Shown here: one piece after another, positions 8,729 through 17,916 of the stretch | Numbering within the stretch: position 1 is the stretch's first letter | Layout of the letters: every line of letters begins with the position of its first letter | Translations under genes and position numbers: made by a program | IMG/VR virus record: IMGVR_UViG_3300032082_001293 | Strand: one strand, 5' to 3' | Source of the DNA: a virus | DNA length: 29,311 bases | Notes under the pieces: generated by a model | Databases searched by the model: none | What the model was told of the DNA's origin: nothing | Seen by the model: only the letters and a program-made list of their open reading frames with translations

Positions 8729-10672
8729 TTATGCTGGGTCAGAGTAGTTACGTTCTACAGCAGATACTACAGAGATACTATTTGTATTCTGTTCTGTAAT
8801 CGTTGCAGTCTGTTCCACCCAAGTACCATTGTTCAATCCAATTGCACGAACGTTAACATCGAAAGGTTGTCCACCTTCTCTGTCTTTTTGTGAATTGTTA
8901 TCAAACGCATAAGATACCACAAAACGGTTGTTTGTTAAACTACCAGATGCAAGGTCCGAAACGGCCGCCTGTGCAACATTATTTTCTGCTGTTGCACCAG
9001 CAGAGTCAAGTAACAATGCGCCCGGAGAGTTGATTGGGTGAGTGTAAATTGCATCGCCCGCTGTATTCAAAGTCTCATTAATTGGTGCAACCGTATCATC
9101 AAGTGTAATCGCCGCAAAGTTACTGGAATCGACTACAGAAGTTACTTTCCAAATAACGTTGTGATTAGCACCAGTACCACTAGCTTTATTTAAGCGGAAA
9201 TATGCATTAGCATCAGTTAAGGGGTCTAGACCCTCTGGGTTCTGAACAGTAGTGGTTGTCAATAAAGGTGTGAACGATACCGCACCATTTAAAGTAATGT
9301 TAGCACTGTCAAGATACGCATTAGTTGCTGACGGACCTACGTCAGCAAGTTGAATCGACGTTCCGATTTCACCACCAACAGCGTAATCACGTGTGTGGTC
9401 ATAGTATACAAACACTTTAGCGTTAGCACCATCATCCAAAATATCTTGAGAGAAACCAATACTAATTGCAGTAGAGAACGGGAATGATTGCAACGACCCA
9501 CCAGTATTGAACAACTGGGTGTTGTTGATATCATCAGCATTAACATTAGTAATCGCAACACCAGTTCTGGTACCGTTTTGGTCGATATTAGTTACTGGTT
9601 TAGTTGTTAATGTATCACCAACAAAGGCCAACAATTCATCTGCCAGTTTACCACTCTTAACTGTACCTGCAGCAAATTCAATATCAGAATCTTGACGCAA
9701 GTTATATTGAACCCAAGCATATAATTCTTGGTTAGTTAAAGGTGTTGTTCCATCAACGCCTGATGCAGATTTAATCTTAACACCAAAATTGAAAGGACCA
9801 CCCAACAAGTCTTCTGAATAACCGAAAGTGTTAGATGCTTCATCTACCGCAAGATATTCAATGGTAGAACCGTCACCTGTAGTCGAGTACTTTTGACCAT
9901 TTCCTTTTGCAGCTAAAATAGTTGCGTCACTTACACCACCAGCACCAGTAATTTTAAGGTCGTTACCTTCAACCAACGGGAATCGTTGAGTGTTATAAGG
10001 AAGAGTTGTACCAGCTGACAAACCGATATCTACGGTGTCAGTTTGGTCGTATGTCTTACCTTCTTGACGAATGAACAAACGAAGAATATCTCCACGAAAA
10101 TCAAGTTCTGCCGTTTGGTTTGCATCACTGTCTTTATAAGTCAGTACTGCTTGGTTAACTTCGCCGGGGAAGTTGTAGTCAAATGGACCAGCCTTTGATG
10201 TACCATTTGCAGAATCAAAAAATGCGTAATAAACGAAATCTTGGTCACCAGCACCGTCTTGGTTCTGATCACCATCGATATTACCTAGAGAAATTGTACC
10301 AATATACTGACGTTTCAATGTGGTATCATCAGTACTAAATTCTCTCCATCCAGCAGTACGAATCAAAGAACGCGATGAATCGTCAGCAGGTGACCATCCG
10401 AAACGCCATTCGAACTGTTCTGGTGTAATAGCGACGAGTGGGAAAGGATAAGCAATCAACTGTTTACTGTTTGGGTCATCCTTCCATTCTTGTTTAAGAA
10501 AGCTGTAAAGTGCCTGAAGCGTCACCCCCGTTTCATCAAGAACGGGTCCCTTTGGCGCTGCACTGTTGTTACGAATCTTAATTGTTCGTAATGCAGTGTC
10601 GATGTGAATGTTCTTACCGGCGGAATCTCCACCAGTATCAAACAACCCATCTGGATCTACAATTGTTGGCAT
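8729..10672 (-). CDS. Hypothetical, probably high-copy virion protein (candidate filament major subunit)
   Basis: 647 aa with its own late promoter, SD AGGAG and terminator; N-domain shared with the 207-aa ORF; C-terminal ERNYSDPA* shared with the 685-aa ORF. Confidence 0.72.
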   Translation of the reverse strand: MPTIVDPDGLFDTGGDSAGKNIHIDTALRTIKIRNNSAAPKGPVLDETGVTLQALYSFLKQEWKDDPNSKQLIAYPFPLVAITPEQFEWRFGWSPADDSSRSLIRTAGWREFSTDDTTLKRQYIGTISLGNIDGDQNQDGAGDQDFVYYAFFDSANGTSKAGPFDYNFPGEVNQAVLTYKDSDANQTAELDFRGDILRLFIRQEGKTYDQTDTVDIGLSAGTTLPYNTQRFPLVEGNDLKITGAGGVSDATILAAKGNGQKYSTTGDGSTIEYLAVDEASNTFGYSEDLLGGPFNFGVKIKSASGVDGTTPLTNQELYAWVQYNLRQDSDIEFAAGTVKSGKLADELLAFVGDTLTTKPVTNIDQNGTRTGVAITNVNADDINNTQLFNTGGSLQSFPFSTAISIGFSQDILDDGANAKVFVYYDHTRDYAVGGEIGTSIQLADVGPSATNAYLDSANITLNGAVSFTPLLTTTTVQNPEGLDPLTDANAYFRLNKASGTGANHNVIWKVTSVVDSSNFAAITLDDTVAPINETLNTAGDAIYTHPINSPGALLLDSAGATAENNVAQAAVSDLASGSLTNNRFVVSYAFDNNSQKDREGGQPFDVNVRAIGLNNGTWVEQTATITEQNTNSISVVSAVERNYSDPA

Positions 10673-10733
10673 TTCTATATCTCCTACGTAGAATAATTTT
10701 TATTACATGTAATTTAAGGTTTGTGCACCCTGT

Positions 10734-10741
10734 TATTTATA
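10734..10741 (-). promoter_or_regulatory. T4-type late promoter TATAAATA
   Basis: Plus strand tatttata immediately after the collagen gene stop (10743). Confidence 0.85.
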
Positions 10742-10742
10742 A

Positions 10743-11828
10743 TTATGAATATGTAAACGTGATTCTATCATCCCATATTTTATCAAATTCAGCAGTTCCA
10801 TCTGCCCATAAAATATTGTAGTCATTACCAATTTCTTCGATACGTTTGATTCGCCATTTAGGTTGATCCGTATTAGTACCAGGCAATGCCTCACCTATGT
10901 AATAAAACGTCCCTTCCTGATCTATTAATTTGTTATACTGCACTTCTAATTCCGCTTTTAATCTGTCCAATACATTTACGAAAGAATCCGCAATAAATTT
11001 TTTCTTGGTGGGGTCGTAGATTAATATCGCATCATCTACTACGCCCTTCAATGCAGCTTTATCAACATCTGCATTATCAACCAATTTGTAAGAACCACCA
11101 CCTCCGATAGTGCTTAGAGATTGATTGATTCTATCAATCTGTTTCTGAATATTGTTATCAACTCTTGATGCATTTTCTGTCAGTCGTTGATTAAAATTCT
11201 TTAATGCTTCTTCGAACTCATTTCTGTAATCAGGTGCAGGAGTTCCGGGCTCACCTTTCTCTCCACGTTCACCTTTTTCACCTTGAGGGCCAGTTAATCC
11301 TCTCTCGCCTCGTTCGCCTCGTTCACCCTTTGCTCCTGCAACTCCTTGAGGGCCAGCAGGTCCGATTGCTCCGACAGGACCGGCGGGACCGATTGGGCCA
11401 GGTTCTCCTTTCTCACCACGAGCTCCAGTATCGCCTGTATCACCCTTCTCACCACGTTCTCCTTGGGGGCCAGTTAATCCCTGTAGGCCAGTGTCACCCT
11501 TTTCTCCTTGGAAACCTCTCTCGCCTTGTAATCCTTGTTCGCCTCTCTCGCCCTTTTCTCCACGAAGTCCAGTATCTCCCTTGTCTCCCCTGAGACCTTG
11601 AGCTCCTCGATCTCCTTTTTCGCCACGGTCACCTTTGATACCTTGGTCACCTTTATCTCCCTTAACTCCTTTATCGCCTTTTGGGCCCTGTGGACCTTCA
11701 AACCCTTGCGGTCCTTGAAGTCCTTGAAGGTCTTCGAAAACATTAAATATTTTGTCTTCTAACTTTTCAATTTCTTTCTGCGTGTGTACTATGGAGAACG
11801 CAGTAGAAATTTTATCAATCTTGTTCAT
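10743..11828 (-). CDS. Collagen triple-helix repeat fibre protein
   Basis: 361 aa; 54 uninterrupted Gly-X-Y triplets flanked by predicted coiled coils; small C-terminal domain (YYIGEALPG...KWRIKRI...FDKIWDDR); overlaps the gp20 stop by 14 nt. Confidence 0.9.
   Translation of the reverse strand: MNKIDKISTAFSIVHTQKEIEKLEDKIFNVFEDLQGLQGPQGFEGPQGPKGDKGVKGDKGDQGIKGDRGEKGDRGAQGLRGDKGDTGLRGEKGERGEQGLQGERGFQGEKGDTGLQGLTGPQGERGEKGDTGDTGARGEKGEPGPIGPAGPVGAIGPAGPQGVAGAKGERGERGERGLTGPQGEKGERGEKGEPGTPAPDYRNEFEEALKNFNQRLTENASRVDNNIQKQIDRINQSLSTIGGGGSYKLVDNADVDKAALKGVVDDAILIYDPTKKKFIADSFVNVLDRLKAELEVQYNKLIDQEGTFYYIGEALPGTNTDQPKWRIKRIEEIGNDYNILWADGTAEFDKIWDDRITFTYS
11238..11723 (-). repeat. (Gly-X-Y)54 collagen-coding repeat
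   Basis: Residues 36-197 of the 361-aa ORF (GLQ...GTP), manual count. Confidence 0.9.
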
Positions 11829-13485
11829 TGATTCGTGCCATATACCTTGTCATTTCTTCAAGTAATTCATCTTCTTGTGAAGGTATATATTTTTCTTTTT
11901 TCTCCTCAGATTCTTGAGGGGGTTCTTCATCAGAACTAGGTTCTGCCTTGGGTTCAGGCTTTGGTTTTTCTTCATCGTCACCACCACCCATTCCAGGCAA
12001 CTCAACATCACCGTCTTCACCTTCACTATCTATTTGTTTCTGCATGTCCTCAATATCTTCTTCAGACATTCTCAAAACATTTTTCCATATCCACTCTTTA
12101 CTTACATAGTTACCCACGAATTGGTCTACTTCATTCAGAAGACCAAACCGTTCACGCATAATTTCTGTTTCTTTGAGCTCAGTGAAGTGATTGTCTTTAA
12201 CGTAATCAACGATGATTTCGTTTCGCCATTCTTCCCAATCCTGTTCTGTGATAATACCTTTTAACAGAAGTTGTTTACGAAGAATGCCTAAGAATACCTG
12301 AGAAAACTTTCTACGAAGACGGTCAACAAACTTTTGTAGTTTCACTTCGTCTCGTGAAATCTCAGTAGAACGACCAAGAGAGAACTGAGCTTCCTGTTCC
12401 AAACGATTGACAGGAACATTCAATGCACGATATAATCTCTTTTGGAAATAAATGATATCATCAATCTGACCAAGGTTGTCACCGCCAGGCAGAGTAGAAA
12501 TCTCTGTACCACGACCACCTTCTCGACGGGGTAACCAGAAGTCTTCAAGCATCGACATATGCTTGCGGTCATCTTTGAGTTCACCAGTGTTCGCATCGTA
12601 TACCAGTTTGTTACGATACTTTGCCATAATATCTTTCATATACTGTTCAGACTTACCACGGGGCAAGTTACCCACGTCAATATAAAAGATACGTCTTTCT
12701 GGTGCACGTGCGAGACGATAGATGACTAGAGAGTCTTCCATCATTCTTAACTGATTGATTGGTTTTAGTGCCTTGTGTAGATGCGACACAACTTTCTTTT
12801 TTGTCTCATCAAGTAAACCAGATGTGACATAACTAATAGAATCTGTAGAAAGTTTAACCGCTGATGATTGTTGTCCAGGCTTCTCTTCGTAAATATAAAA
12901 CTCGTCTACTGACTCAACAATCTTTGCGCCCGTTGCAGGGTCTTTTTTGTATTTTACATTTTTAACTTTACGAATCTTTGCAGCATCGATGTGTCTAATT
13001 TCTTGAATACCTGCTTTGAGATTCGATTCGTTCACAAGTAGGTGATGATAGATTCTACCATCAACATACCACGAACGGAAAATATCGTGTCCATTGTCAT
13101 TGAACTTCAACATAGACACAATATTTTTGAATTCTTCTTGAATTTGTTCTTTAATCTTATCGGGGGCTTCTACATCTTCTAGTGATAGTTCAAGGTTAGA
13201 TGTTAGTTCAGAAGCAGTAATCGATTCGTTGACAATTTCTTCAATCGCCATATCTACTTCTGGATGTGTTGCAACTCCACGATAACGTAAGATAAGTTGG
13301 TGATTGTCTTTAGAATTATCACCATCCATATTGATATACTGACCATAGTGACCAGCAGCTGTAGTGACATACCCAGCACCATCGTCATCCGTAGGCGGAA
13401 CAATGGAAGGAAGTTTTTCTTTCTTCTGTGCTTGTGTTCTGCGTAACTCAAAACCAAATAATTTAAAGATGCTATCGTCTGCCAT
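11815..13485 (-). CDS. gp20: Portal vertex protein
   Basis: [54 protein letters not shown] and [22 protein letters not shown] motifs. ATG at 13485 preferred over TTG at 13497. Confidence 0.98.
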   Translation of the reverse strand: MADDSIFKLFGFELRRTQAQKKEKLPSIVPPTDDDGAGYVTTAAGHYGQYINMDGDNSKDNHQLILRYRGVATHPEVDMAIEEIVNESITASELTSNLELSLEDVEAPDKIKEQIQEEFKNIVSMLKFNDNGHDIFRSWYVDGRIYHHLLVNESNLKAGIQEIRHIDAAKIRKVKNVKYKKDPATGAKIVESVDEFYIYEEKPGQQSSAVKLSTDSISYVTSGLLDETKKKVVSHLHKALKPINQLRMMEDSLVIYRLARAPERRIFYIDVGNLPRGKSEQYMKDIMAKYRNKLVYDANTGELKDDRKHMSMLEDFWLPRREGGRGTEISTLPGGDNLGQIDDIIYFQKRLYRALNVPVNRLEQEAQFSLGRSTEISRDEVKLQKFVDRLRRKFSQVFLGILRKQLLLKGIITEQDWEEWRNEIIVDYVKDNHFTELKETEIMRERFGLLNEVDQFVGNYVSKEWIWKNVLRMSEEDIEDMQKQIDSEGEDGDVELPGMGGGDDEEKPKPEPKAEPSSDEEPPQESEEKKEKYIPSQEDELLEEMTRYMARINEQD

Positions 13486-13495
13486 ATCTGTGTCC

Positions 13496-13530
13496 AAAAA
13501 ATAAAATAAAGGGACCTCCGGAGAGGTCCC
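13496..13530 (-). terminator. Rho-independent terminator after gp19 (cUCCGg tetraloop)
   Basis: Minus strand GGGACCTC-TCCG-GAGGTCCC followed by TTTATTTTATTTTT. Confidence 0.9.
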
Positions 13531-13533
13531 AAT

Positions 13534-13540
13534 TATTTAG
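13534..13540 (-). promoter_or_regulatory. Variant late promoter CTAAATA upstream of gp20
   Basis: Plus strand tatttag between the gp19 stop and the hairpin; a variant of the consensus. Confidence 0.55.
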
Positions 13541-13547
13541 TAGAGAT

Positions 13548-14075
13548 TTAAGATGTTGTATTTGATTCCCAGTACTGGACTTGGAATTCTACCGTAAATC
13601 TTTCAATCTCGTTTTCCGTTGTGTATGAAAGGTCAATTGCCTGAACGTTTGTCGGGAAACAACCACGGAAGTTGTAACGCTTGAGTGTTTCTCCATCTTT
13701 ATCCAACTGATCTACGAAGAGGTCAGCTTGATAATCTACTGGATTAACCAAACCCGTGTTTGCCGAATGAGCGTTCATTCCATTCATCCAACGTTCCATT
13801 GAATCTCGAATTGTGAAATCAGTATCATTGATAATGGTTACTGTCCAAGGTTCGAAAGTTCTATCACCAGCTATTTTCAACTGGCGACCACGGAACGGAA
13901 CTGTTACCAATCCCATAGTTGAGGCAGGTAACTGAGCAGCTTCGCAAAGAAATGATGTTAATTCAACATCACCTCCAGCATAAGCTGGGAAGTTGACAGT
14001 TGCTTGGAACAGATTCGGCCTAGCACCACCACCTCTCAGCTTTGACTTAAAGTCATCGACTCCTAAAATTGCCAT
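13548..14075 (-). CDS. gp19: Tail tube protein
   Basis: GGGARPNLF, PFRGRQLKIAGDRTFEPWTVTIIND and FTVEFQVQYW motifs. Confidence 0.98.
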   Translation of the reverse strand: MAILGVDDFKSKLRGGGARPNLFQATVNFPAYAGGDVELTSFLCEAAQLPASTMGLVTVPFRGRQLKIAGDRTFEPWTVTIINDTDFTIRDSMERWMNGMNAHSANTGLVNPVDYQADLFVDQLDKDGETLKRYNFRGCFPTNVQAIDLSYTTENEIERFTVEFQVQYWESNTTS

Positions 14076-14098
14076 TTAAATTCTCCTTATGGTTGTGC

Positions 14099-15880
14099 TT
14101 AAACCGTACCAACCACTTCACTGAAATCAACTCCGGTGCGTACAGCAACAAAGTTAAGAGTGATGTAGTTAATAGAACGAGCAGGTTTGACAAAAACTGA
14201 ACAAACAAACTCGTTACGGTCGATTACTGCAGCCGTATTGTTTGTTTCGTCACAAACCACTCGGAAATCTGTAATACCTCTTCGACCCTGAATTTCTCTC
14301 AGGAACGGTTCAACGATATTAACAAATTCTGCACGAGTGAATTCGTCATTGAATTCAAACATTACGTTTCTTGCAGCTCGTTCGATTGACCTTTCAATTG
14401 CGAGGAACAATCGTCGGACATTAATACGATCGAAAGCTGATGGACGAGATTCTTTAGTCTTATCACCAAAAAGAATAATACCTTGTCCAGGCAAGTTTAC
14501 AATCGGATTAATTCCAGCTTTGTACAATGTATCTCTTTGTGCCTTACTAGCTGAATAAGCTAAGGAAGTAACTCCGAAATATTGACCCCTTCTTTGACCA
14601 GCAGGTGAGAACCAAGGTGCAGCGACAGCATCAGTCGATGCCATCAAACCAGCAGTGCCAGGAGCAGCTGGGATAAACACATATTGGTCGTTATACTTGT
14701 CATATACCTTAAGGTAGTTGTTGTCTACAATCAGGTAAGATGAAGCTGTGAAATTTGCAACACCACCAGTTGTGTTTGTTACCGCGTCAGCAGCAGTTAA
14801 ACCAACAACATCTTCTCTAGCAGGTGAAGTAACAACAACACAGTCTTTACGCAAAGATGCGGCCGTACCTACAATGTCATTAACAACGGTAGTTTGGTCA
14901 GCAGTAGCGGACATACCACGAGCGATTAAGAAATCCACCTGAATGTTTTCTTTACTTTCGAACTCGTCAAATCCTTTCGCAACATCACCAGTATCAATTG
15001 TTGGACCATTAGAACCACCGCCCAACTTAAACGTATGAATAGTTGGTGTAGCTGGTTCAAAGTCTGTTCCTGATGCGGTTGATGTGAAGTTATAATCTTC
15101 ATCTGCTGCACCGTCATGTTTGTTTAGGGATATTGCCCAAACATAACTTGAACGATTGTTAATAACATCAATAACGTGGTTATTAGAACCATCTACAGTC
15201 TTACCGTCCGTTGCAAAAGATAAGAACGGGAATGTTTCTAAAACAGCACCTACTGTACCAGTTAAAGTACCGTCTTCGTCTACTACGACAACGTGAACTT
15301 CATCGTCTGCACCATTAACGTCAGAGGCGTACTGTGAAGTACCTGGCGCTGCATCGAAATAACTGGCGTATGCCCAACCATCAAACAAAGTTGTATCGTT
15401 TGACTTAGCAGGACACAGTTCTACTCTGAGACTGTTACCAGCTTCGCCGGGATATTTTGCGATGAAAGTATGGTTTTTTGCTGGAGCTTTGAGACCAGCT
15501 ATTGTGTTCTGAATATCAAAATCGTCGGCATTCTTAACCAATGGTTTGCCAGATGACAAATCAATTATTTCATCTGAATCCCACGCATTTAACGCGCCGG
15601 TGTCAGCAGTATCATCTACTGTACGTGACACATAAAGACTTGTTGAGTATTGCAAAAAGTTTGCGGCAGACAAAAAGTCTACTGCATTTGTGGTACTTGG
15701 AGACCCGAATGTCGAAACCAACGTTCCCTCGTTATCTACGAGAGTTGGTTGGTGTACGGGACCCCAAGAAAATTCTCCTACATAAGCACCCGTTGAAGTA
15801 GTGACTGAAGGGACAACACCCGTTAAGTCAATTTCTTTAACTGTAATGCTGGGAGACGCTGATGGGGTAAAAAGAGCCAT
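14099..15880 (-). CDS. gp18: Tail sheath protein
   Basis: SPSITVKEIDLT, FSWGP, PWFSPAG, SAFDRINVRRLF, FEFNDEFTR and KPARSINYITLNFVAVRTG motifs. Confidence 0.98.
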   Translation of the reverse strand: MALFTPSASPSITVKEIDLTGVVPSVTTSTGAYVGEFSWGPVHQPTLVDNEGTLVSTFGSPSTTNAVDFLSAANFLQYSTSLYVSRTVDDTADTGALNAWDSDEIIDLSSGKPLVKNADDFDIQNTIAGLKAPAKNHTFIAKYPGEAGNSLRVELCPAKSNDTTLFDGWAYASYFDAAPGTSQYASDVNGADDEVHVVVVDEDGTLTGTVGAVLETFPFLSFATDGKTVDGSNNHVIDVINNRSSYVWAISLNKHDGAADEDYNFTSTASGTDFEPATPTIHTFKLGGGSNGPTIDTGDVAKGFDEFESKENIQVDFLIARGMSATADQTTVVNDIVGTAASLRKDCVVVTSPAREDVVGLTAADAVTNTTGGVANFTASSYLIVDNNYLKVYDKYNDQYVFIPAAPGTAGLMASTDAVAAPWFSPAGQRRGQYFGVTSLAYSASKAQRDTLYKAGINPIVNLPGQGIILFGDKTKESRPSAFDRINVRRLFLAIERSIERAARNVMFEFNDEFTRAEFVNIVEPFLREIQGRRGITDFRVVCDETNNTAAVIDRNEFVCSVFVKPARSINYITLNFVAVRTGVDFSEVVGTV

Positions 15881-15942
15881 AATCGTTTCCTTTTTTTATT
15901 AGCTAATAATAAGATTTACATAATACGGATGTTCAATGTATT

Positions 15943-15950
15943 TATTTATA
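15943..15950 (-). promoter_or_regulatory. T4-type late promoter TATAAATA
   Basis: Plus strand tatttata between the gp17 stop and the gp18 start. Confidence 0.85.
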
Positions 15951-15962
15951 TTTGCGGGGTTT

Positions 15963-17588
15963 TTAGAAAGGATCGTGAAAAAGTTGCCATCCTTGTCGTT
16001 CCATTTCTTCTCGTTGTTCAATATAATCAATTTGAGATGAACCATCATCTATAAAACCAAATGGAACAACATCATCTTCTATCTCTTGCATTCTGTTTTC
16101 AAACATCATTTGTTTGAGATTAATATCAGTCATATCGGCGAACATTTGCGTTGTAACAAAGTAACCAAACATCACGAGGTTCATCATTAAATCATCGTGG
16201 TTACCGTCACTGGCCTGATAAGAAACTCCATTAGCAACAAACGTGGAGATTTCTAGAATAGTGTTATCATCGTGAATCGCAAGTTTCTTTTCTTCTAGAA
16301 TATCTTTAATAGCAGAACAACCTAGTCGTTTTGTTTTACGGTTGATTTCAATACCAATTGAATTAGATTTTACAGCTGAAGAGAGATGAACGTTTTCGTA
16401 TTCAAGGTCGTAGTATAAACCGTTACATACCACAGAACCTTGGTCATTTGATTCAACAACCACATAAGCGTTGTTATAAACGGTTGCGTACTTATATATA
16501 ATATTAGGGAAGAGTATTGGAGAGATAGAGTTGTTCCGATACACAGCCACTTGTTCAAATGGGCGTGTCGAAATGTCGATGACAGTGAACGTAGAGTAGT
16601 CCTGACCTCTTCCTTTCGAGACATCAACGGTCATGATGTACTCGTGCTTGCTAGCAGGTTCGTTATAAACTTTTAGAAGACCGCCCTCTAAAACCCGCTG
16701 GGGCGTTTTTGCTCGTAAAGACAAGAGCGTCTCAGCGTTTATTAGGGTATCACCTGTTCCAAAAAAGGTATTACCAAATTCTTGGTCAAATTGGAGTGCT
16801 GATGTATTGGCAATTGTTTGTGCTTTCCATTCTTCATCTCTGCCCGGAACATCCCACCAGTCTACACGAAACGATTTAAATTCATTTATACCTTGTTCAG
16901 CGCCTTCCCATATTTTATGGAAGATGTTTCCGATACCGTTTGCGGTTGAGGTGATGATGACTTTGGTGTCTCGTCCAGCGGAGACAACAGGATACGTTGA
17001 AGTGTAAAACTCAGTTGCTCGCTCAACAAAAGCAAACTCATCGAGATAGAGCAAATTAACAGACATACCCCGAATAGAAGACCCGCTAGTGGCAGCAGCA
17101 ATAATCCTAGAATTATTAGAAAACTCGATTGAACCTTTATTAAGAGTTTTACAGCCAGGTTGTAAGAAGAATGGAAGATTCTCCAACATGAGAGTAACAC
17201 GGGCGAGCATCTCTCGGGCAGTTGCTCCTTTATTCGCCAGTACAGCGATTGTTTTTTCGGGATGGAAAATGGCGTACCAAAGAAGGTAGGCAACCGACGA
17301 TATTGACTTACCAGACTGTCTACAAGCAAGAACGACATTAAACCGATTATTATTAAAATGTTCGAACATCCGTCTTTGATAATCGTAAAGATTAAACGGA
17401 ACCAATCCACTATCCAGAGAAATAATTTTAACATAGTGTTCGGCAAAATACGAAGGGTCATCCATGCATTTTTTATATTCACGTACTTGGTCCTTAGTCC
17501 ATTCCTGAACTATACCATCACGTTTTACATTGATATTGCCAAGATACGTTTCGTTATTCATTCTCAGTAACGAGTTTTGCATCATCAC
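15963..17588 (-). CDS. gp17: Terminase large subunit
   Basis: Walker A RQSGKS, Walker B LLYLDEFAF, motif III ITSTANG, nuclease DVSKGRGQDYS and HDDLMM. The true start may be the ATG at 17561. Confidence 0.98.
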   Translation of the reverse strand: MMMQNSLLRMNNETYLGNINVKRDGIVQEWTKDQVREYKKCMDDPSYFAEHYVKIISLDSGLVPFNLYDYQRRMFEHFNNNRFNVVLACRQSGKSISSVAYLLWYAIFHPEKTIAVLANKGATAREMLARVTLMLENLPFFLQPGCKTLNKGSIEFSNNSRIIAAATSGSSIRGMSVNLLYLDEFAFVERATEFYTSTYPVVSAGRDTKVIITSTANGIGNIFHKIWEGAEQGINEFKSFRVDWWDVPGRDEEWKAQTIANTSALQFDQEFGNTFFGTGDTLINAETLLSLRAKTPQRVLEGGLLKVYNEPASKHEYIMTVDVSKGRGQDYSTFTVIDISTRPFEQVAVYRNNSISPILFPNIIYKYATVYNNAYVVVESNDQGSVVCNGLYYDLEYENVHLSSAVKSNSIGIEINRKTKRLGCSAIKDILEEKKLAIHDDNTILEISTFVANGVSYQASDGNHDDLMMNLVMFGYFVTTQMFADMTDINLKQMMFENRMQEIEDDVVPFGFIDDGSSQIDYIEQREEMERQGWQLFHDPF

Positions 17589-17916
17589 TAATCACCTTTT
17601 CTTCATTCTGTAGCAAGCGTTGCAAATCAGTAGTGCTTCCTAAAAACACATTATTGTTCGTGATTTGTTTTTGTTCAGGTATTTCTTCTTTCATCACGTC
17701 TTTATGTTTCTTGTTCAGTTCCATCAACTTGTCTGTGACATCAGCGATGTTTTTAATCATACCGGACAAAACTTCAAAAGCTCGTGGGTGTTCTGATTCA
17801 CGTGCTACTTGTATCATCAACTCAAGGGATTCTTTACCACCTTCAATCAATTCGAGATACGTATCACGTGAAGTATCGTAATCGTCTTGTATATTCTTTG
17901 TATTGTTATCTTTCAT
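17554..17916 (-). CDS. gp16: Terminase small subunit
   Basis: ARESEHPRAFEV and NNNVFLGSTTDLQRLL motifs; synteny. Confidence 0.95.
   Translation of the reverse strand: MKDNNTKNIQDDYDTSRDTYLELIEGGKESLELMIQVARESEHPRAFEVLSGMIKNIADVTDKLMELNKKHKDVMKEEIPEQKQITNNNVFLGSTTDLQRLLQNEEKVISDDAKLVTENE

Noticed and set aside
2720-11828. Insertion as a mobile element or prophage satellite
   Set aside because: No integrase, transposase or terminal repeats were seen; it uses the phage's own late promoters and overlaps the portal gene.
15881-15942. Structured RNA in the gp18 leader
   Set aside because: AT-rich, with no convincing stem by eye; it cannot be supported without a comparative alignment.
11815-17588. 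Introns, inteins or homing endonucleases in gp17, gp18 or gp20
   Set aside because: The ORFs are continuous and of ordinary length; no splicing, LAGLIDADG, HNH or GIY-YIG motifs were seen.
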